A DNA stretch of 64,000 nucleotides from Alphaproteobacteria bacterium (GTDB taxonomy: Bacteria > Pseudomonadota > Alphaproteobacteria > TMED109): positions 1,829 through 65,828 of the forward strand of contig JAGWAT010000014.1 in assembly GCA_021296265.1 (NCBI GenBank), given 5' to 3'. The notes under the pieces were generated by a model. It was not told where the DNA came from, made no database searches, and saw only the letters and a program-made list of their open reading frames with translations. The translations under genes were made by a program, and so were the position numbers. This document shows, piece by piece, positions 57,827-64,000 of this stretch; the first letter of the stretch is position 1, and the number at the start of each line of letters is the position of its first letter.

Positions 57827-59080
57827 ATGTCAGAATCAAAGACAGGCAAATCACTGGACATTGGAATCATCGCTCTGTGCCTCGCCCTCTCCATGACATT
57901 GGCCGGGAAAGCAACAGCTGAAAACAGCCCAGTCCAGGTCGGTGGTGCGCTGGGTCTGAACTGGGTTTACGGCGACTACACTGACGACCGTGGCGACAAC
58001 CTCGGAGCCATGCGTTTAGAGATATTCCGTGTCAACGCCGACCTCAACTACAACAACGTTACCGGCCGGATTGAGTACCGGTACTACAATGAGCCAAGCT
58101 ACGACTACAGCATGATGCACACTGCTTGGCTGGGCTACAGTTCCGAAGGCTTAGGTACAGTGCGAGCCGGAATTGTCCGCGCGCCCTTCGGCCCCGGAAA
58201 CTACGGCATATCGTCGAGTTGGTTCTTTGATCAGCATTACTACGCCGGCCTCATCGACGACATGGATCTTGGAGTCAGATGGACAAAGTCCATTGGCGAC
58301 CTCACGGTTGATGTCGCCTATCTTCTTGCAGACGAAGGACACTGGGACGGATCCAGCGTAGATAGTGCGCGTTACAGCTACGATCCCGTGCTTTGGACCG
58401 AGAGCGTGGCTTCAGACGGGACTATCGGCTGGGGGGAAGCCGTTGAGCACGGCTTCACAGAGGACGGCCAGATCAATCTGCGCGCCGAATACACGATCGA
58501 CGGATTCGGGGACATCGGAGCATCCGTCCAGTATGGAAGACTGAAGGGGCAAAACGTCGGGAGTAACAGTGCTGACCATTTCGCCGCTTCCGTACACGGG
58601 TCTACCACATTCGGCGATATCAAGGTGGCCTCTCAATTGTCGTACTACGAGTACGAAATCACCAACACTCCCCCATGGGGATCAGTCGACCTCATACCCA
58701 TGGGTGCTTTCAACTTTGCCTGGCCGGTCGCCACCGAGGCATGGATACCCTCCATATCTATCCAGTACCAGGGGGTCGACACTTCCGGCTTTGAAGAGCT
58801 TCACAGCGTGACGCCATATCTGGAATGGAGTTCGATTGTGAAGCAACAGGACGACTTTAACGATAGCTCCTTGTTGACCTTGGGAGCAGTATGGAGTTGG
58901 GCTGGTTGGTACATCTACACCGACCTTGCTTTCTCTGACGGCAACTATTTCGTCGGGAACGAAGGTGATGCCTACGGCAACGTGTTCAATGGCGTCGGCG
59001 ACTTCGGCGCCAACGGTAATGACAAGTGGAATACAAGGTTCAATGTGAACATTCGCCACTACTTTAGTTTGTACAAGTAA
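57827..59080 (+). CDS. putative outer-membrane beta-barrel / porin-like protein
   Basis: 417 aa, GGAGA Shine-Dalgarno. Signal peptide ...LSMTLAGKATA-EN. Rich in Tyr/Gly/Asp/Asn/Trp with alternating hydrophobic residues. Near-C-terminal ...NVNIRHYF aromatic beta-signal. I cannot assign a porin family. Confidence 0.55.
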   Translation: MSESKTGKSLDIGIIALCLALSMTLAGKATAENSPVQVGGALGLNWVYGDYTDDRGDNLGAMRLEIFRVNADLNYNNVTGRIEYRYYNEPSYDYSMMHTAWLGYSSEGLGTVRAGIVRAPFGPGNYGISSSWFFDQHYYAGLIDDMDLGVRWTKSIGDLTVDVAYLLADEGHWDGSSVDSARYSYDPVLWTESVASDGTIGWGEAVEHGFTEDGQINLRAEYTIDGFGDIGASVQYGRLKGQNVGSNSADHFAASVHGSTTFGDIKVASQLSYYEYEITNTPPWGSVDLIPMGAFNFAWPVATEAWIPSISIQYQGVDTSGFEELHSVTPYLEWSSIVKQQDDFNDSSLLTLGAVWSWAGWYIYTDLAFSDGNYFVGNEGDAYGNVFNGVGDFGANGNDKWNTRFNVNIRHYFSLYK

Positions 59081-59621
59081 TTGGTACCTGGAGCCGTTAG
59101 CTCGGCCCGGCTCTTGGTGGAAATTTCACTCTCTGTGGTGGTGCGATAGCGCCCACTTGAGCAGACCGGCGGGCACAGGCACCGAGGTCATGGCGGCATC
59201 GCCGTATGGGCACTGTGATCCGTAAATGATCAGGTCCTGTACGGACGCTTACCGCTTGTTGGTTGGACACCAGCCCGTCGATTTGCTGGCGGGAGCCGTG
59301 CTAGAGCCCTCAGCCTCTCTGCTACAACGCTTTCGTTCCACCTGAGAGCGCCAAAAATACGCCGGTGTTGCGCGGTCTGTGCGCTACAGCCGCGCGATCG
59401 CGTATGCCGCCCTCTTCAACCATATGGATGAGGCACTCAGATTTCTCACAGACAAATTCTGCCGAGGTGCCGCCTCTACCCTACCCCCGTCCAGGGAGGA
59501 AATGCACGCGCTTCGCCTCCTCGTTCGTGCGGCTGCTGTAGAGCGTGGCCCGGCAAGTACTGAGAAGCTTCATCGCCCCGGCTACAGGCCTGCCGTGCTA
59601 TCGGAATATGGCAGGAGACCG

Positions 59622-60407
59622 CTAACGGATCTCGACCACCACATTCGGAAGATACCCTGCACGTTCCAATCTCTGGACAAACATGTCCGCTTCCCGAGCA
59701 GTTGCGAACGGTCCGAATCGCACCCGATGCCATCGGTGATCTTTGCTCACTTGGATGCTTGGATCACCAAACCTCGACAATTTCCAGGCAAGCCGCTGGG
59801 CATTGTCGGGGAGTCGAAAGGCGCCCACCTGGACATAGACCCGGCCCGTCCTGACCGGTGTTACCAGCTCTTGTGCTTCTTGGTCCTGCTGCAGCGGCTC
59901 GGTCAGGAGATGCGGGCCGCTATCCAACAGTTCAAGGCGTACCGGGGCGACCCCGGCCTTCTCGACGCCAAGCAACTGGGCTGACCGGCGTGAAAGATCG
60001 ATAATGCGATCTCCAATGAACGGCCCTCGGTCATTGACCCTGACCACGAGCTGGCGACCGTTGTCAAGGTTGGTGACCCGCACCTTACTGGGCAACGGCA
60101 GCGTCTTATGCGCGGCGGTCAGCGCATACTGATCAAAAACCTCGCCATTGGCCGTACGTTTCCCGTGAAATTTTGGGCCATACCACGAGGCAAGCCCCTC
60201 CGCTCGATAGTTCGGCTGAACCCTTGGCGTGTACCTGCGACCTGCAACGGTATAAGGCGCCCCGACCTTGTAAATTCCGCCGCTGCTGGAGACTTGCGGC
60301 GCGCCTTGCGGAGCTCCCTGTGGCACCACCACTGGCGCAGGCTTGCTGCACGCAGACATCAACAGCACCCCACACACGAACATCGTGAACACCGCTGCCA
60401 GATGCAT
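59622..60407 (-). CDS. rlpA: septal ring lytic transglycosylase RlpA family lipoprotein (DPBB + SPOR domains)
   Basis: Track ORF 59622..60458. ATG 60407 gives lipoprotein signal MHLAAVFTMFVCGVLLMSAC. DPBB core GLASWYGPKFHGKRTANGEVFD...LTAAHKTLPLPS.VRVTNL.NGR..VVRVNDRGPF. C-terminal SPOR (VYVQVGAF...). Confidence 0.9.
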   Translation of the reverse strand: MHLAAVFTMFVCGVLLMSACSKPAPVVVPQGAPQGAPQVSSSGGIYKVGAPYTVAGRRYTPRVQPNYRAEGLASWYGPKFHGKRTANGEVFDQYALTAAHKTLPLPSKVRVTNLDNGRQLVVRVNDRGPFIGDRIIDLSRRSAQLLGVEKAGVAPVRLELLDSGPHLLTEPLQQDQEAQELVTPVRTGRVYVQVGAFRLPDNAQRLAWKLSRFGDPSIQVSKDHRWHRVRFGPFATAREADMFVQRLERAGYLPNVVVEIR

Positions 60408-60408
60408 G

Positions 60409-61374
60409 TCAGAGCCCCCGGGCAATTCGGTCCGAGAGAATTCCCACCGCGGTCGCATAGAAGCTCGATCGGTTGTACGTCAGCGTAACTCGGAAGTTTT
60501 CGTACACGAGGAAGGCGTCCCCGTCTGGGTAATCCGGGGCCACCACGGACGCGATCAGGGCCCGGGAAGGAAGGTCGCTGCCGTCGACTCGCCGAACACC
60601 CAGCGCCTGCCACTCGGGAATCGTGCGAGTGACGTCAAGGCCGATCAACATTGGATCAAAGTCTGAAGGAAGTTTGACCCCCCTGCCCCAAGTGATGTCA
60701 TCCCGCCAGCCATGACGCTTGAGGTAATGCGCAATGGAGGCGAAAACATCAGCTTCCGTTGTCCAGATGTCGCGACGCCCGTCACCATCGTAGTCCTGTG
60801 CGAAGTTGCTGAAGCTCGTTGGCATGAATTGGCTTTGTCCCATGGCACCGGCCCATGAACCGAGCATGGAACCAGGTTCCATGCGTTCCCGTTCCATGAT
60901 TCTAAGTGCTTCCAAGAGCTCGCCCCGAAAGAAATCCTGACGTCGGCCATCGAAGGCAAGCGTTGCCAGTGCGCCCAGTACCGGAAACCCACCGGTAATT
61001 GTCCCGTAATGGGTTTCGATGCCCCAAATCGCCAAAATGAAACGCGGCTGAACCCCGTATTTTTCGCCGACCTGCGTCAGGAGGCTTCGGTGGCGTCGGC
61101 CCGCTTCGCGCCCTTTGTCGACTCGCTCATCGCTGATCACCCGATTGAGATACCAATCAAGGGTTACATCCCTTGTCCATTGCTTGCGGTCGAGCTCCAG
61201 TACACGCGGCAGTGGGCCTTCGAGGTCACGGAGGGCGGCGTCCAATGCCGACCGCCCTACCCCGTTGGCCAGTGCTTCGGCGCGCACACCCTCGAGCCAG
61301 TCAACAAAAGGCTCCGCGGCGACGGTGCCGGTCAACAGGAATGCCGCGGCGGCCGCAGACAGCGCCAACTTCAT
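60409..61374 (-). CDS. lytic murein transglycosylase (MltB family)
   Basis: Track ORF 60409..61578. ATG 61374 gives signal peptide MKLALSAAAAAFLLTGTVAA. IWGIETHYG, GSWAGAMGQSQFMPTSF, DYDGDGRRDIW segments. Confidence 0.88.
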   Translation of the reverse strand: MKLALSAAAAAFLLTGTVAAEPFVDWLEGVRAEALANGVGRSALDAALRDLEGPLPRVLELDRKQWTRDVTLDWYLNRVISDERVDKGREAGRRHRSLLTQVGEKYGVQPRFILAIWGIETHYGTITGGFPVLGALATLAFDGRRQDFFRGELLEALRIMERERMEPGSMLGSWAGAMGQSQFMPTSFSNFAQDYDGDGRRDIWTTEADVFASIAHYLKRHGWRDDITWGRGVKLPSDFDPMLIGLDVTRTIPEWQALGVRRVDGSDLPSRALIASVVAPDYPDGDAFLVYENFRVTLTYNRSSFYATAVGILSDRIARGL

Positions 61375-62972
61375 GCGTCGTGCCCGATCAACACGCCGGG
61401 ATTGAGAATTCCGGCTGGGTCCAGTTCCTTCTTCGCTGCCGCGAGCGCGCATCCGAAGAGTGCTGGGCGCTGCTTCGTGTACCACGGCATGTGATCGCGC
61501 CCCACCGCGTGATGATGTGTGATCGTCCCGCCCGCAGATAGTAAAGCTTCGCTCGCCGCAGCCTTGATCGCTCGCCAAGCCTGGATTGCACCGTCCTTCG
61601 GCGCTTTCGCATGGAACGTGAAGTACGGTGCGGGACCGTCGGTATAGACATGCGTGAACCGACAGGTGACGTGTCCCGGCGCACCGGTCACCCGAAGAAT
61701 CGCGTCTTCAATGCTGTCTCTGATCGCGCGATGGAATTCTGGGAATCGTTCCCACGTAATCGCTGTTTCTACCGCGTCCACGATAAAGCCATGGGCAATC
61801 AACGTCTCTCGTACGAAGGGTGCGTGCATGAAGGCATCTCGCCAGGTACCTGCCGCGCCACCTCGGTTGGGGGCGTCCCCGCTGCTCTCGTCGGAGATCC
61901 CGCCGAATTCGGCGGCGCACTGGAGTGCCTCTTCCATCCATGCATCAACCCGATGGTTCGCATTCTCAAAACCCAGAACTAGCAGATGACGGCTGCCGTC
62001 ACCGACGCCAGTGAGCCGCGCTTCTTCTGCGTCGATCACACGGCAATTCTCCGGCCACAAGCCAGCCTGAACCACTCCCCGCGCAGCACTGGCTGCATCC
62101 GGGAACTGTTCGAACCACACGGCGGCGCTTCGTCGATAGACCGGCCGGGGCACCACGCGCATCCACGCAGATGTAATGACGCCGAGGGCCCCCTCCGATC
62201 CAGCGAAGAAACGATCGGGGCTGGGCCCTGCTCCCGACCCTGGCAGGCGACGGGTTTCCAATGTTCCCCGCGGAGATACCACCCGAAGTGATTCAATGGA
62301 ATCCTCGATATGGGTCTGCCGCGTCGCAAAATGGCCGCCGGATCTGGTCGCGATCCAGCCTCCCAGGGTCGAGAATTCGAAAGATTGCGGAAAATGCCGA
62401 AGGGTCAGATCATGTGGTTTGAGCTGTCGTTCCAGCACGGGTCCAAGAGCCCCTGCTTCGATACGGGCGGCACGGGCCACGACATTCACGTCAGTCACGC
62501 GGTTGAGCTTCCGCAAATCCATGCTGACGGTACCGGCAAACCTTTCGCCCACGGTAGGTTCCACTCCTCCGACCACACTCGATCCTCCACCAAAGGGGAT
62601 GACTGCCACATTGGCGTCAGAGGCCCAATCCAGAACAGCTACCACATCGCGCTCGTTTCTCGGCCATATGACGAGATCCGGAGCACATTTGAAATCGTGG
62701 TCAAACGCCCGGACATAGTCCGGGAACGACTTTCCGTACGTGTGCGCAGCCCGATCATGCGTGTCTGTGGACGCAATGCTGACAAGAACAGAAGGCGATT
62801 GAATACGCGGGTCAGGCAGCGTTACCCGATCAAGCGCGGGCCACCCCATCGCTGCTCGGGGACTGACTCCGGTGATTTCGGACACTCTTGCAACCGTGGC
62901 TGCGGCTTCTCCGGCCGCAGGAATTTGATCTTCGTGCCCCCATCCCCAGAACTTGTAGCGACGCTCAGACAT
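61371..62972 (-). CDS. FAD-binding oxidoreductase (FAD-linked oxidase, alkyl-DHAP-synthase-like)
   Basis: Track ORF 61371..63248. ATG 62972 gives MSERRYKFWGWGHEDQ..., the characteristic N-terminus of this family. FAD_binding_4 segment VIPFGGGSSVVGG. C-terminal ...THHHAVGRDH...LDPAGILNPG. ATGA overlap with the mltB-family start. Confidence 0.8.
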   Translation of the reverse strand: MSERRYKFWGWGHEDQIPAAGEAAATVARVSEITGVSPRAAMGWPALDRVTLPDPRIQSPSVLVSIASTDTHDRAAHTYGKSFPDYVRAFDHDFKCAPDLVIWPRNERDVVAVLDWASDANVAVIPFGGGSSVVGGVEPTVGERFAGTVSMDLRKLNRVTDVNVVARAARIEAGALGPVLERQLKPHDLTLRHFPQSFEFSTLGGWIATRSGGHFATRQTHIEDSIESLRVVSPRGTLETRRLPGSGAGPSPDRFFAGSEGALGVITSAWMRVVPRPVYRRSAAVWFEQFPDAASAARGVVQAGLWPENCRVIDAEEARLTGVGDGSRHLLVLGFENANHRVDAWMEEALQCAAEFGGISDESSGDAPNRGGAAGTWRDAFMHAPFVRETLIAHGFIVDAVETAITWERFPEFHRAIRDSIEDAILRVTGAPGHVTCRFTHVYTDGPAPYFTFHAKAPKDGAIQAWRAIKAAASEALLSAGGTITHHHAVGRDHMPWYTKQRPALFGCALAAAKKELDPAGILNPGVLIGHDA

Positions 62973-63165
62973 CCTGTTGCTCCCAAACCCCGAAGCGGGT
63001 CGGACACGCCCGAGAATTGCGTTCTCTGGGCGTCTTGGCGCCGCGAATGGCCCCACTAGTATGGAAATCGCCGTCCGCAAGTGAACACGCGCAGCTGGCA
63101 GTTTCCGGTCCAGCGCCGCGGCCCGCAATACTGCTAACCACCGGACGATAGCGGAGAGAATCGCG

Positions 63166-64000
63166 ATGAAAACAACTTGGAGTACCTTGACGCTGCAGGA
63201 GCGTGAAGCCCACTTCAATCCTCGTATTGCGGTTCCGTCTGCAGACACCTACCTCGAGAATGCGGCAAATGCCGCAGCGGCGGCCCGTGATCGGCTTGCC
63301 AGCGATTCACACCTCGACGTGCGATACGGCGCAGGGCCAAAGCAGACTGTTGACGTCCTCAGGGGCGCGTCCAACAACCAGGCTGCCCCGCTGGTGCTGT
63401 TTGTTCACGGAGGCTATTGGCGCGCCCTCGACAAAGACGACCACACGCATCTAGCGCTCCCTTTCGTCGAGGCCGGCGCGGTGTTTCTCAACCTCAACTA
63501 CGACCTTTGCCCGGATGTGACCGTGAGCACAATCGCGAGCGAAATACGTGCGGGTCTGATCTGGGCGGCTCAGCATGCCGACGGCTATGGCGGTGACCCA
63601 AACCGCATCTTCCTGTACGGCCATTCGGCAGGCGCCCACCTAGCCGGCATGATGATGACGGAAACATTTCCACCGGACGCAGTGCGCCCAGAACAGATCC
63701 AGGGCGTATTCGCGATTTCCGGGATTTACGAGCCCGAAATTGCGCGCACGCTACCGGTCAACGAAGAAATCGGCCTGGATGCTGCCGAAGCCGCTCGGAA
63801 CAACGTGCTGCAGCGCACTCCGCATTACGCCTGGCCCACCCTAGTTGCGGCCGGCGAAGCCGAACCCGCCGGTTGGGTAGAACAATCACGCGCTTTCGAG
63901 GCGCTTCTCCGCGACCACGATATCCCTGTCGAATTCGTCACTGCAGAGGACTGCAATCATTTCAGCTTTCTCGAAATCCTCTCTGATTCGAACCATCCCC
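63166..64000 (+). CDS. alpha/beta hydrolase (esterase/arylformamidase-like), 3' end outside window
   Basis: Not in the ORF track because no stop is reached. My translation from ATG 63166 is stop-free to base 64000: MKTTWSTLTLQEREAHFNPRIAVP...LVLFVHGGYWRALDK...IFLYGHSAGAHLAGMMM...AEDCNHFSFLE. It has the HGG oxyanion motif, the GxSxG nucleophile elbow (GHSAG) and a late His. Confidence 0.75.
   Translation, partial: MKTTWSTLTLQEREAHFNPRIAVPSADTYLENAANAAAAARDRLASDSHLDVRYGAGPKQTVDVLRGASNNQAAPLVLFVHGGYWRALDKDDHTHLALPFVEAGAVFLNLNYDLCPDVTVSTIASEIRAGLIWAAQHADGYGGDPNRIFLYGHSAGAHLAGMMMTETFPPDAVRPEQIQGVFAISGIYEPEIARTLPVNEEIGLDAAEAARNNVLQRTPHYAWPTLVAAGEAEPAGWVEQSRAFEALLRDHDIPVEFVTAEDCNHFSFLEILSDSNHP

Noticed and set aside
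59126-59248. Minus-strand peptide ...VQDLIIYGSQCPYGDAAM... as a glutaredoxin/thioredoxin-fold gene
   Set aside because: It has no start codon, only about 39 codons between stops, and CPYG instead of CPYC. The downstream sequence does not follow the fold. At best it is a decayed remnant.
59379-59984. 201-aa + strand ORF between the porin-like gene and rlpA
   Set aside because: Its last roughly 120 codons run antisense through the well-supported rlpA gene. The GTG start has no Shine-Dalgarno, and the product has no motif I recognise.
1-64000. CRISPR arrays, insertion sequences, integrases, prophage or toxin-antitoxin/defence modules
   Set aside because: Reading both strands, I found no regularly spaced direct repeats. 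I found no transposase, integrase or recombinase-like ORFs and no terminal inverted repeats. The only repeats seen are the 12-bp and 18-bp tandem duplications already reported.

Overview
64-kb high-GC chromosomal segment with Alphaproteobacteria-type gene order. It holds about 65 protein genes plus one tRNA, mostly on the + strand and almost all housekeeping. Left to right: the tail of a 4Fe-4S protein, then mobB-moeA. An Fe3+ ABC importer follows (binding protein, frame-disrupted fused permease, ATPase), then tatABC-serS, an aldo/keto reductase, tRNA-Ser(UGA), a ThDP enzyme, a secreted hypothetical protein and glpK. Next is the conserved block rpsB-tsf-pyrH-frr-uppS-cdsA-dxr-rseP-bamA-skp-lpxD-fabZ-lpxA-lpxI-lpxB, then gloA, gltA and a two-subunit IorAB-type molybdo-hydroxylase. 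A periplasmic Cys-type formate dehydrogenase operon follows (TAT-target peptide, alpha, beta, small lipoprotein, gamma). After it come a NaChBac-type voltage-gated Na+ channel, a small ORF, fdhD and mobA. The right third holds an aminotransferase, uvrB, SDR+folB, uvrC-pgsA, pirin, moaDE, ilvE, a MarR regulator and an OmpR/EnvZ-type pair. It continues with a DUF457-like hydrolase, an orphan porin-like outer-membrane protein behind an AT-rich spacer, and a minus-strand FAD-oxidase/mltB/rlpA operon. The window ends inside an alpha/beta-hydrolase gene that the ORF track does not list. I saw no rRNA, CRISPR array, transposase, integrase or phage genes, and no convincing novel multi-gene system. The points most worth a second look are: (1) three single-base frame disruptions in conserved genes (fbpB-like permease, the secreted protein, lpxI); (2) a sodium channel and two tiny unlisted ORFs wedged into the formate dehydrogenase/Moco locus; (3) long AT-richer untranslated spacers carrying a Fur-box-like site and a perfect tandem DnaA-box-like repeat; (4) a left-to-right fall in G+C. 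All functional calls come from motif recognition by eye; no database search was possible.
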